DNA of 58,281 nucleotides from Catajapyx aquilonaris (taxonomy: Eukaryota): contig KZ538619.1 of assembly GCA_000934665.2 (NCBI GenBank), forward strand, positions 1 through 58,281. Reading direction: 5' to 3'. Shown piece after piece: positions 27,118 through 38,403 of this stretch; position 1 is the first letter of the stretch; every line of letters begins with the position of its first letter. The notes below the pieces were generated by a model, which was not told the DNA's origin, ran no database searches, and was given only the letters and a program-made list of their open reading frames with translations. The translations under genes and the position numbers were made by a program.

Positions 27118-27182
27118 TTAACATTCCTCGATTTTAAAAGAAGTGTCCTTGACGCGAACGTTGAACCTTACGCTAGTGCGTC
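27118..27182 (-). CDS. Tmod: Tropomodulin candidate alternative terminal exon A (RRTSVRFNVRVKDTSFKIEEC*)
   Basis: Long polypyrimidine tract plus TAG acceptor; phase-1 compatible. Confidence 0.45.
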
Positions 27183-27862
27183 CTATAGAAGAAGGAAGAG
27201 ACAGACAGATGAAGAAGGGGTTGGGGGGTTCAGACTCAACAAACTAAAAGTCATTGAAAGTGAAGAAGTCATTTGCACATTCATTTCAACTATCAGAAGT
27301 TAAATGTGACACGTTGACAACTAGCACTAAAAATGCCTACTTTTCTGCAAAAAGAAAGCCTCAAAAACTTCCTGAAACAAATCAGTCATTAGTTGTATTT
27401 GAGCTGTAGCAATGCTTAGGTTATAATGTAGCTGTAAGGAGGCTCAGTTCAAAATTATTTTATAGGCATGGCACTTCAATTTGGTCTCCTGACAGCTACA
27501 CCTAGAACATTGCTCCAAGTGCCTATGACTAGTAAAGTGACTGAACAGCTTCCTATCCAATTATTTTAGGTATTCCACCCTAAATTACTTGGTTTTCTCT
27601 GTAGGCTTTGCAACATTGAAATCACATATGCAATCTCAAGATTTCTCAATGTCACAAGGACACTAATCAGTCACTTTAGTATATAAATTTCATTTTATTA
27701 TGAAAGGTTTATACTGTAGCTCAAATCTGCAGACATAGTTATTATTAAAAACAAAATAAACTGCCCTCTCTCGTCAAGTCACCTCCGTTCACTTGGCAAA
27801 TAATTCCCTCCACCAGCTTTAAAAAAGTTATCAAGTAACTCTCAAATGAGACTTGCACTTAC

Positions 27863-28010
27863 TTCTATCCAGGTTACGCTGAAGGTGGGTTGCCACCCGG
27901 TTGCGGGCATCATTATATTCCAGATGCAACCCCAAGCGCAACAAGGTAGGGTTTTGTTCCACAAGGTTGGTGATCTCCATTTCAATTTTATTTCCTAAAA
28001 TCTGAGATCT
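27863..28010 (-). CDS. Tmod: Tropomodulin last common exon
   Basis: RSQILGNKIEMEIT.LVEQNPTLLRLGLHLEYNDARNRVATHLQRNLDR; phase-1 GTAAGT donor. Confidence 0.95.
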
Positions 28011-28072
28011 CTGCAAAGAAAACAGGAGTGTCACTGTTATCTTATCCCTGCAAAAATGTCAGTTGCACTTAC

Positions 28073-28169
28073 CTGGTTGGAAGCTCGAAACTCTTCCACA
28101 CACTTGTGCACCAGAAGTGCTTTCATCAGTTGAACGATTGCCTGTGGACTTATGAAATTGGTCTCCACG
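28073..28169 (-). CDS. Tmod: Tropomodulin exon (LRR domain)
   Basis: (N)VETNFISPQAIVQLMKALL..EEFRASNQ; canonical splice sites. Confidence 0.95.
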
Positions 28170-28234
28170 CTGGCAATGCAAAATGATGCATTAGTCGAAG
28201 TGGTTAACCATTGTGACAAATTTACTACACTTAC

Positions 28235-28389
28235 TTGACAATCCTAAGAGTTGAGTTCTTTTCTAAAGCTTCCACAAGCTTCAGAATCACTCTATCACCA
28301 ATACCTGTATTAGTGAGGCTCAATGACTCCAACCGAGTGTTGGTTTTCAATGCTTCAAACAAATTCAGGAATTTTTCTTCAGATATGTT
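28235..28389 (-). CDS. Tmod: Tropomodulin exon (LRR domain)
   Basis: NISEEKF..LFEALKTNTRLESLSLTNTG..LEKNSTLR; GTAAGT donor. Confidence 0.95.
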
Positions 28390-28446
28390 CTGTGGAGAGA
28401 AGTTTGAGAGTTCCCATAATCCAAACCTGCCAATAAAGACCCTAAC

Positions 28447-28664
28447 CTTGATATTGTTCCAGTTCAACTCCAGGAACGATGAGTCATCATTTTTTACTCG
28501 GAAGATAGAATCATCTGGATCAGCATCATTAGGTGGCTCGAATGGCAAAGGCTTTGGCTGACTGCCTTTGGTGATTCCATCCCACCCAAGTCCTACCTTT
28601 TCTTGGTTCAGCAAAGATGCATGGTACTGATCCTGATTCATCATGGAGTGAAATCCCAATATGG
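28447..28664 (-). CDS. Tmod: Tropomodulin exon
   Basis: AILGFHSMMNQDQYHASLLN..GLGWDGITK..EPPND..LNWNNIK. Confidence 0.95.
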
Positions 28665-28728
28665 CTGAAATGGCATAGTTGAAAGTAACACTAGATTACA
28701 GCAAAGTATCCTATCTCAAGTCAATTAC

Positions 28729-28846
28729 CTGCCAAATCTACCAACTCTTCCTCTGATGCAGTGTCCAAGGCACGTTCATATTCATCTCCAAGATCAATAG
28801 CAATGTCTTCTTCTTCTTTAGGCTTTGGTACCTCTGGTGGGATCCA
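28729..28846 (-). CDS. Tmod: Tropomodulin exon
   Basis: WIPPE..IDLGDEYERALDTASEEELVDLA; canonical splice sites. Confidence 0.93.
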
Positions 28847-29689
28847 CTGTAAATTAGAGAAAAACTCATGTTCTGAACGTAATATTGTTTCCATAAGGTG
28901 TTTCACTCAAGTATAGAATCATTCACATCACCTGGACACATGATGCACATGTAACTGCCACTTTACATACTTTCAACACAAGTGAAGGGGTTCATTGCCT
29001 CATTATCTTATACTATGTCATGACTACAATTGGCAATCTCCACCTCCCGTAAAAAATTAACGACTAGGCGCAAGCCCTAAATGATTGCTCATTCAAACGT
29101 CAGTACCATAAGCTACTACTGAGCACAAACATGTAAACATTTTTAAAGCCTGGTACCACATTTTGTCATTTGCCACATATTGACAGCACTCTTGATGACA
29201 TGCTTATTCTTTCGTCTTTTAGTCACTCTCTACAATCTAGAGTCAGACTCTTGCCTTTACGAGTTGTAACTCTGCCAAAGTTGATAGTACAGAAGTGTGG
29301 CAAGTGGAAGTTTAAAGTTCGTGCATTAGTTCTCCTGGAACCAGGTTCAAGTTCAAACATGCACGTTGCCATCACAGCTTCCAGGATAGTAATTTTGGAG
29401 ACTGATATGGCCAAGCAAAGGCAGGAGAGAAGTGCCCACCCTCATATAAGGCAAGAAACAAAATTGGCAAATCCAGTGAGCTTGATTAGAGTAGACTTTT
29501 TCATGTTTACTGCTATTGTCCCCAACGTCTGTCATGGTACTTGGACTGAAACTGAAACCACCCATACCTCATTTTCTGCCAAAAGTAGACTGACCATTTT
29601 CCCCCTCCCTCCTCCTACCCACAGACCGCCCCTTTCCCATTTAAAAAATATATAATAGAAAACCCATCTTCTACCCTTTTTTTCATCCA

Positions 29690-30040
29690 TCGAAAAAAAT
29701 CTTATAGCACGGCTCTGTCTGTCCGTCTATCCGTCTGTGGACAGGTATCAGGGGATAGGAGGAGGGAGGGAGGAAAGGGTGATCTGGGGGAGGGGGCGGT
29801 CGGGGGACTGGGAGGTCAGGGGGAAAGGGACGGTCTGGGGAGAATGGACAGCCAGGGGTAGGGGGTGGTGGGGGAAAGGGGCAGTGGGGGGAAAGGACAG
29901 CCCACGGGAAGGGGTGGATAGAGTGAACCTAGAGCCAGAATATCGAGAGAAAAAAAGTCTTATAGCACGGCTCTGTCTGTCTGTCTGATACCTGTCCACA
30001 GACAGAGCCGTTCTATAATACTTTTATTCTCGAAAAAGTC
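29690..30040. repeat. Repeat element with duplicated ttatagcacggctctgtctgtc motif, G-rich core and terminal hairpin
   Basis: Direct and inverted copies of the motif; related to the centre of 48738-49309. Confidence 0.6.
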
Positions 30041-30155
30041 TGAAAACCATGCAATATAGTTGCTCAGGTGGCAAACATTGGTCCAGTCTCTTCCTTTGGA
30101 TACTCCCATGTTGGACGTCATGGGCAACTCCCTCTCCCACCTCACTAGCCAATAT

Positions 30156-30514
30156 TTATTTATTTATTTATTATTATTTTTATTTTATTTACCCTGTGAT
30201 GCAACCCTAGGCCGCTTTAGGGGGGTGGCAGACCACCATACAGTTTTCTCTTGTATTTACTTCAATCACCGGTGCAAGGAATACTAGGAAATTGGGTAAG
30301 GGTAGGGGATTTTGGGGAGGGAACATATGTGCAAGTGCATTGTCCAGTGGTGGGCCAGGTGCAGTCCCCCAGGTCAGGTTGCCAAGACGCCTCCTTAGGC
30401 GCGGGTCACGACCCAATGACGCATGCGAAAGGTTTGTTCCCGGGTGGGGATTTGAACCCGGGACCTTTCGCATAGCAAGCCGAGACGTTACCATCTCGGC
30501 CACCGTGCCTCCCC
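30156..30514 (-). mobile_element. Full-length tRNA-derived SINE
   Basis: Head ggggaggcacggtggccgagatgg..ggttcaaatcc, A-rich tail, 13-bp TSD cacta(g/a)ccaatat. Confidence 0.85.
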
Positions 30515-30581
30515 CACTAACCAATATCCAACATGGTGGGACCCAGGAGAAGAGACTAGACCAGGTTTATGTCACCTAAGC

Positions 30582-31727
30582 CAGTGGTTTTCAAACTGGG
30601 GTACGCGAACACAGTTTAGGGGGTACGCGAAAGATATCGTTCAATGGCGTCCAGTGTCTATATTTGTGGGAACCATCTTATTCAACAAGAATGAACCAGC
30701 TTCTGAGAAAAGCACAAAAAATCGTCATACTCACACATTCCCATCTTTCGGTTTGCTATTACTGTATTATTTTAGTTGTGATTTATTACATGCAGAGGCA
30801 TTTTCTGACGTATCCGTATGCCATTGTCATTCATCACATGCGTGGAAACTCAAGAAGCAACATGGCAGTGTTAATTCGAACAACTGGTTCAATTCTAACA
30901 TTGCTGTTTGCAACATTGTGAATGATTTGAAAATAATCTCTGGCTGCAGAGCCTGATCTACCTGGCCTAAAATATTTCGAGTCTCAACAAATGAAACTGG
31001 GGGGTTTCAAGACATTATCGCCAATATATTTAATGCGCAAAACAAAATTGAAGGAATGATTTAAAAATTCAAGTTTTGGGAATGTTGTGTACAAGGTAGG
31101 AATTTTGCTTGCTTTCCAACAATTTTAAAGCGACAATGGAGGCCCAGTTGAGGTCAGCGTCCAAGCCAACATATTGGACCACGTGAATCAATTGGCACCA
31201 CAGCGTAGAAATTATTTTTCCGAGATGGACATGCCTATCAACTGCATCATAAGTTTGAGGTTTCTTTATCCCTCCTGAACATGTCAGCGCAGAATCAGGA
31301 AAATATCCTCGAAATTTCTTCAGATAGAAGTTTGCAATTTGAAAATACCCTTATATGAACTTTTGGGCTGAAAAAATGGAAGACTATCCGTGCCTGGCAA
31401 CCAGTGCTCTGAAGTAGGCCTACTTAATACCATTTTATAACTGCCTAATATTATGCGAAGCTTTTTTTTTTTTTTGCATCAACATCCATGAAAACTAAGG
31501 AAGGTATCATCATCTACTCAGTGTTGAGAAAGACCTCAGGCTTAAATTGACGCCACTTGTGCCCAGTATTAACCATAAGTGTGAATGAAAGAATGCACAC
31601 TCATCACACTAACGACTGATAAGTGCCCACAATTACTATTATCTGGTGACAGTCGGAGTGGGGGTGCAAACTGTCTTGACATATTTGAAAAGGGGTACAC
31701 GACAAAAAAAAAGTTTGGAAACGACTG
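30582..31727 (+). mobile_element. Internally deleted hAT (Buster/Charlie-type) transposon with transposase relic
   Basis: TIRs cagtggttttcaaact / agtttggaaacgactg; 8-bp TSD acc(t/c)aagc; relic peptides NIFNAQNKIEG..FW..FACFP, EDYPCLATSAL and LSVEKDLRLKL. Confidence 0.85.
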
Positions 31728-31881
31728 ACCCAAGCAACCAAGGTCTGGTTTTTCATTGCCATGTAATGTGGCGGGCCCATCTTTCCCACATTTACTGGCT
31801 ATCTCAGCCACCAAAATTAATATCCTCATACTGCAATGGCAGATATGAATGCTGCATTTTCCATGTTGGAACTGAAACTCA

Positions 31882-32471
31882 CAAGGGAAGTGTAAGTGTT
31901 GTCCGTGGAGTTTCTGAATGCAACTTGGCACAATAATATAGGCAGGTAAGTTATTAAAGAAAATGCAAACAATTTAGGCGGATGCCCACAAGATCAAAAG
32001 TTATGACCTCTCGAACTCACAAGGGACACTTTCCAAGGTCTCACTGATTTTCTTGAAATTCGGTACATTGGTAGGCCACCACAAGGGATGAAAAACGCAC
32101 CTACAGTGACCTGCTCAAAATGACCCGGTGACCCCTTTTTGGGGGGCAGAAATCAACTCTTAAATGCCAAAAACTCACAGATTTTCTTGAAATTCGGTGC
32201 ATTGGTAGCCCCCAAAAAGGAGTTACCGGGTCATTTTGACAGGTCACTTTAGGTGCGTTTTTCATCCCTCGGGGTGGCCTACCAATGTACCGAATTTCAA
32301 GAAAATCAGTGGGACCTTGGAAAGTGTCCCTTGTGAGTTCGAGAGGTCATAACTTTTGACCTTGTGGGCATTCACCTAAATTGTTTGCATTTTCTTTAAT
32401 GACTTACCTGCCTATATTATTGTGCCAAGTTTCATTCAGACACTCCAAGGACAACACTTACACTTCCCTTG
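31882..32471. mobile_element. Foldback MITE with about 260-bp TIRs, CAAGGGAAG termini and TCA TSD
   Basis: c-TCA-caagggaagtgtaagtg ... cacttacacttcccttg-TCA-g. Confidence 0.85.
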
Positions 32472-32935
32472 TCAGCTCCAGGGATACAAATCTATTACCT
32501 TTACACCACTGCAACACTCCCTGACCATTGACTGTGGCAGCAATTAATAATTTTCAAAGAAGGCTCACAATTAAATTGGAAGTGGAGGTAGAAGACTACT
32601 GGAAGGTGCTGGTTTGATACCACTGCATAAAAATGATCCAAATTTAAACCTTCATTTCACACTGAGGGTACCAAGCACTCATGTCAGGCATGTCAAGACA
32701 CTAACTGCCATTGTTAAGTCTAGGTGAACTTTTACTTTACTTCCATGACAAGCATGTTGCAATGAAAGTAATTAGCCAAGTAATTTGCATTTGTAAAATA
32801 TCACAGCCAATCTCAAAACCACTGCTACTCTAGCTCTCATGCCTTCCTCCCCTCACACACACTATTGCAATATGACACAAAAGTGGGGGCAGATGAATCT
32901 GGTGGCCCGGGAAGCAATGGCCTTGCACAAACTGA

Positions 32936-33130
32936 GGGGGGCATGGTAGTCTAGTGTCTATGCTACTGGCTAGCCAAGCGTGAGGTCCGGGGTTCAAATC
33001 CCTTCTCTGCCCAGGGCCAAGAAAAGATGTGGTGTTTATGAGGGTCTGTAATGACTAGAAACTACTTAAGAGCGCCATCCCCTGGGAACCTCCCCTTTCC
33101 TACACGCCCGGGGACCAGGGCGTTGCGACG
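32936..33130 (+). mobile_element. tRNA-derived SINE fragment
   Basis: ggggggcatggtagtctagtg..ggttcaaatccc head; 3' boundary uncertain. Confidence 0.5.
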
Positions 33131-33247
33131 AAACAATGGCCTTGCTCAAGCGAGGAACCCGGGCCACCGGCAAAGGCGCCCTCCGAACTAGACTGGGCCG
33201 CCCTCTATGAACTCCTGCCCCATGATTTTTTTTAAATACATTTTTAA

Positions 33248-33686
33248 AGGGACACTCCACTCAAAATACAAGTTGGCCCCCAAAAATCGGGGGAAAAATC
33301 CTGATTCAATGAGTGTGCAATCGGTTTTTTTCCATGCCCAACGGTAACACGGAAAATCACGGAAAATCACATATCTACACACGTCGCCTGCTAAGGAGGG
33401 CGATTCAACACCATCCCGCGGCAAACCGGAGAAGTATAGCGCGGTCAATAAACAACTGCCGCGCCAGGCGCCTGGCACGCCTGGCCAGGCCCCTGGTCTA
33501 GTTCCGCTCCTCTGGTGGCGTCGCCACCTGCGCTCACCTGCTCCACGCGCGGTTTTCGAACGACACACTTCCAGCTTTCCCACTGGCCATACCGTTCGTC
33601 TCTCAGAAAAACTGCTTATACCCTCGGAATCAGGATTTTTTGCCCGATTTTTAGAACCCAACTTGTATTTTGAGTGGAGTGTCCCT
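33248..33686. mobile_element. Kolobok/T2-like MITE
   Basis: TTAA-agggacactccactcaaaatacaagttgg ... ccaacttgtattttgagtggagtgtccct-TTAA. Confidence 0.85.
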
Positions 33687-34399
33687 TTAAGAACAGGATT
33701 TATATTTCAAAGTGCACTAAAATTAAGAAAATAATTTTTTCCGTAGTCTTCAACTTTCTCTTTAAATTTTTTCTTCCGTGGTGTTCAGCTACTGCAGTAT
33801 TGCTTTGCTTTACTTTAATTTATATAAGGGCTATGACAAAATAAAAAGCGTGGGCACAAATTTCTTCTCGTAAAATGTAATTAGAAACACTGGGACTGCA
33901 AGTCTAGCAGCATGTCCATCCGCATGTGGTTCTCCTTGCCGAACCGGTCCTGCCGCTACGACCCCTAGCTCTCTGTACTGGCTGTAAGGATCCTTGTGCT
34001 CCTTCTACACTGTACTCCCAATTATCCAGGCTAATGGCTGCACGGGTGTCACCGGATTATCGGAAAACACGGAAAATGGCCCTAGGTACCATAAAATGAG
34101 CTATTCACAAGTTTTTAATGAACGACTGTGCTGCTTTAAATAACATTTAATCAAAATTAAAAAAACTTCCATTTATTTTTAGTTTGTTGCCTTCTGGGAA
34201 AAGTCCGGTGAGAGAAAAATTGACCATTTTTCGACTTTTTCTTTGTTTTAGCCATGCACAGATAGTCCGCACCCGGATCATCGAGGGTACAGTTTTGGCA
34301 TCCAACTTCGTGAACCACCCAGGCCTGATCTCCGTGAAGTAGGCCATTATCCTCCTTAATGGCCTGAGCTGGGACTATAGATGAGGTCCACCACCCTCT

Positions 34400-34563
34400 A
34401 AGTTCTTGGCCTAGTAGGGCCACTAACTTCAACTGCCACTAGGCACCACTAGTGGTGGCAGTTGGTCTCTGCATGCATTTTTTTAGTGAGTCCCTAGTAG
34501 GGAGTAGTCACGTGACCCAATAAGAACTTAGTGGCATGTACTGATGGTCTCTGCATATGGCCC
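34400..34563. mobile_element. DNA transposon end fragment (possibly PIF/Harbinger-like)
   Basis: Ends ..tctctgcatatggccc; motifs shared with 3155-3370. Confidence 0.3.
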
Positions 34564-35149
34564 TGTGTTTCTGCCACTTGATATGCCACTGGCACGAAGC
34601 TCAGAACTGGTATTACTGATACAATAGAGCTGGTCTATATCAGGGTCACTCCATTCTGTAAAAAATTTCCCATACTAAACAAATTACCATCACACAGTGT
34701 GCTCCAATGAACCCATCTGCAGTGGTTTTTTCGTATTTAGCTGGTTATTACTATAAGCAGTTACTTTCAAAGTTACTTATTGGTACTACGAAGAATTTAC
34801 CTATTAATATTAGGTAGAATGAGAAGCATGCCCGAGTCACATAAGAGTGAGTTTGGTGTACCAGTACTAGCCAAATATATTCTAGTCTTGTCCCATATCA
34901 CTTGCGATTTGTGTGAAATAGATTCTTAGAAGATATGTGGTGGATATCACAGGCACCCCCTTCAGTTATGACATTATTAGTTTACCTGTGTATATTTATT
35001 TATTTATTACTTACTTATTTATTTACCCCTTAGCTAGCTTTAGGGGTAATTTACCTGCGTATAAGTATTATAATATTCCCTGACTGAGATAAAATATAAT
35101 AAGTATTATTTGACCAAATCATAGGCATTATGTATCCCTTGGAACACAC

Positions 35150-35317
35150 CTTCTTGCCACGAATGATCCCAGCAATGTACGGTTTCAGTTCAGGTCTGTC
35201 TGGAGTCTCCAGTGCCTGCTTGTTGATGAACTCTATGAGCTTCTTGCGATCCAGAGGTCCTGTGGCATTTTTTCCACACTGGTAACTGCATCTCTGATCA
35301 GGAGGCAGAAGGGCATC
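35150..35317 (-). CDS. Tmod: Tropomodulin exon
   Basis: DALLPPDQRCSYQC..TGPLDRKKLIEFINKQALETPDRPE..RGKK; canonical splice sites, 168 nt. Confidence 0.93.
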
Positions 35318-35382
35318 CTGAAAAGCATCAAAGGTAGTCATGAATTGCTCTTTACCTATGATATCCTCACCAGAGCACTTAC

Positions 35383-35526
35383 ATCTGGGTCCACCTCTCT
35401 AGACAAGATGTCCAGCTCATCCTGAGTGAGCTGTGACAACAGTTCATCCACATCCAACTCATCATATGCACTCAGGTCTTTGCCGTACAACTTTTTCGTT
35501 GTCATGGTTTTGGTGGTGGTAGTTGT
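35383..35526 (-). CDS. Tmod: Tropomodulin exon (N-terminal tropomyosin-binding region)
   Basis: TTTTKTMTTKKLYGKDLSAYDELDVDELLSQL..EVDPD; TTCCAG acceptor, GTAAGT donor. Confidence 0.93.
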
Positions 35527-37715
35527 CTGGAAGAGCAATTGTATGATTATATGTCCTTGTCAGGTTTGAAAATATCCATGATGTATAATTCCTGTTTGGG
35601 ACAATCACTATGGTATATTCACACATCTATTCAAACCTATGTGCTGAAATCCTCAGCTGTAAAGACACTTGAGTCAAGTTATGCAGCATGTAGGCCTACT
35701 GCAAGTTCACAAGCTGCATAAGCTGCATCCCAAATTATGAAAGGCAATGCTACACTTGTCAAGTGCCCATCACCTATTAAAACCACATCTGCGTGACATT
35801 CCCACATGTACAGAATAGAAAAGTGCAACACGTTTGCCACCTCAATGTCAGACATGTCAGTTATTTTTACTTCCAATGTCATGCTTATCACATTAGGAGA
35901 TCTGCCACCATACAACAGGAGCCTGACCTTAGTTTATCACTGCAACTGTTGACAATGTAAATCACTTGAAAGACTTTAGATAATGGGATGCAGTTCAGGT
36001 GCACTCAGTCTAAAAGTGCACAAAATTGTGTAGCAACTATAAAAAGAACAATGTGCATCACTGACTGCCTTGATGTAAAAAGTGACGTACAGTAAGCATG
36101 CAGTTGTTTGAAGGTTATAGTAATTAACAAGTTACACAATTACCAGCTGTTGGGCATTTAAACCTGCAATTCATTGACAATTTCCTTCAAGGTCAATAAC
36201 AGGAGAAGGGTCATTGAGTGCACCATCTATAAGGCATATTAAAATGTTTCAAATTTCAACTTGCCACAATACTTTCTTGTCAGACATGTTATGTCCCCTG
36301 AACCAATCCTACCTTCAGATAATTAATAAAAATCTGCTCATAAAAATAATGTCCTGCTCCTCATGCTACGATGACAAGCTCTTCCCCATCCCGTTCCTTA
36401 AAGTTCTTGAAATACTTAGGCACTCATTTGGGCACATGGTGGGGTGGGATGAGGTCAGAGGAAGCAGGAAAAGGATGTCACCATGATGGGACTTGCGATC
36501 ACTAAGCCCAAGCTCTCACCAACCTAAGTACCACTGCACAAGTGCCGTAGCATCAACCCCATAACTAATAAACTTTAATATTATATTTTTGTGGTGATTT
36601 AAATTCCGATCTGTTGATCTCAACAATTCTCCATCCCCTCACATGTTAAATTAACATGTTGGATCAATACATCCACAGACAGCTCAAGTTGACACACTCC
36701 AAAAATAGGAAAAACCTATCAGAAAACAAACACTGCCAAATATATCAACGTGAAGTCAATGCCATAATTTTCTCCTGCATGATTTCTAACCAAATTACCT
36801 AATAATTGTTTTGAACACTTAAATCTTTGATATTGCATTATACAGTAACCCTTCTTGCAGTGTGAGAAAACCATGGGCCTACATCTAAAAGAAAGTCCAA
36901 GAATTAATAGATTTGCCTGTGACCAAATTTTTTTCAAGGTTGTGCAAGACATCTACATCAAAGGGTTAAATATCCTGACAACATAAAACTAAGTAATCTC
37001 TACATGTGGTATTCCCATTGAAATTAGTGGTTAGCAATTTTTGACATTAAGCTTCTTATTTATAAGCAGTTACTTGGGAGCAGTTACATTTCAAGGGAAT
37101 TTAAAAATTAGCTGATTACATTTGGTTCAATGGAGAACATAATTGAGGTCAGGTTTCGCGGCTGTGACAAGCATGATGTGCACCATTCCTACAAATGAGA
37201 GCAGGTACTATGTGTGGTAAGTGGTAACAAGGCAAGTGAGTCGTAACTCAGTTGTGCTTTAGTCACTGGCTCTTCTCCTGTAGGTTCAAATGCCACTCTA
37301 GTTCTGCCCCACGTGCTGTAAAAAGGTCATAGCTGTGCATGTGGCAGGGGGAAAGTCTCGCAGCTGTGCAGCACTCTCTTACTGCAGGGGCAAAGGTGAC
37401 CACATAATTTTTTATGGCCATTTTAAGAAAAAATCAGCACCCCTGTTATTGGGTGACATGGTTGTTCTCTCCAAAGTTCAAGTATACATGCAAGCATATA
37501 ATTGGTGTAGGTGGAAAGTCCAGATAGTTCTGCAGACACTAGGATAAACTGCAGCGCTTATTTAATCTTGAAAGTTGGTGATATTTTTTTACATTGCATA
37601 TACCGGGTGGTGGGAAAAGTATGCACATAGGAAGTCAGTTCCTTGAGAATTTCTAAGGCAAAAGTATCCTATTTAATTTTTTTTGTTTTTTTGCATCAAT
37701 CAAAGAGTTAAAGCC

Positions 37716-37864
37716 GTTAAAGAGGTATCTTTCCACACCAGGCCTAGAAATTAGCCTCCAACAAAGGTGCTGCCTAGGGGAGTGAGTCATTGCATCAGGG
37801 GGAGGCAACACCCCTGTTGGAGGCTAATTTCGCAGCCTGGTGTGGAAAGATACTCCTTTAACAG
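37716..37864. repeat. Inverted repeat (about 60-bp arms), probably a MITE interior
   Basis: gttaaagaggtatctttccacaccaggc..aaattagcctccaaca / tgttggaggctaattt..gcctggtgtggaaagatactcctttaac. Confidence 0.65.
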
Positions 37865-38330
37865 ACTGTACACCTACTGTCAGAAGCACATGAATAGCAA
37901 TGCCTTCATTGTATACACACATACCAAATCAGTAACAACTGCACTCTTTTTCCTATTTATAATACTTGCCTAATGATTCTACCCATGTGCTCAGCACATC
38001 CTTGTCATCTTGGTGAGCTAGAAATACCTTTACATTTGGTTTTATTAATCTCAATTCAGAACTTCAGTTCAGATCTGCGTACGGTATAATTATGTTTGAA
38101 GAGGTTCGACTTCAGGCATTAAATTTTAGTTAAAACCTAACTCACTGCATAAAAACTAGTGCAATATATTATCACCAGCTAAGAAGTGCCAGTTATAAAA
38201 CACAGAAAGTGCAGCACTACAATTCCGTTGGATGCAACGTTGCAGGTCAGCCTGTTTGAGGCAATGCGGGTGAAGCACATTTTGAGGAGTGAAGATCAAG
38301 TTCCCGTTGCCTCAAGTCGTCAAAATAGGC

Positions 38331-38403
38331 GGCTTTGACTGGGACTCGAACCCAGGTCTGTGACATGGGCATGCCACCGCTCTACCACCTAAGCTATCAA
38401 AGC
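38331..38403 (-). tRNA. tRNA-like cloverleaf (atypical; 8-nt anticodon loop ATGCCCAT), possibly repeat-derived
   Basis: All four stems pair: GCTTTGA/TCAAAGC, GCTT/GAGC, GTGGC/GTCAC, CTGGG/CCCAG. T-loop TTCGAGT; TTTT shortly downstream. Confidence 0.45.

Noticed and set aside
32890..33200. Short direct and inverted repeats suggesting a ribozyme
   Set aside because: No hammerhead core (CUGAnGA/GAAA) or HDV-like fold could be built; explained by a SINE/TE context.
33196..34562. Single Harbinger element bounded by CTG-GGCC..GGCC-CTG
   Set aside because: Only 4 bp of terminal match; may be coincidence.
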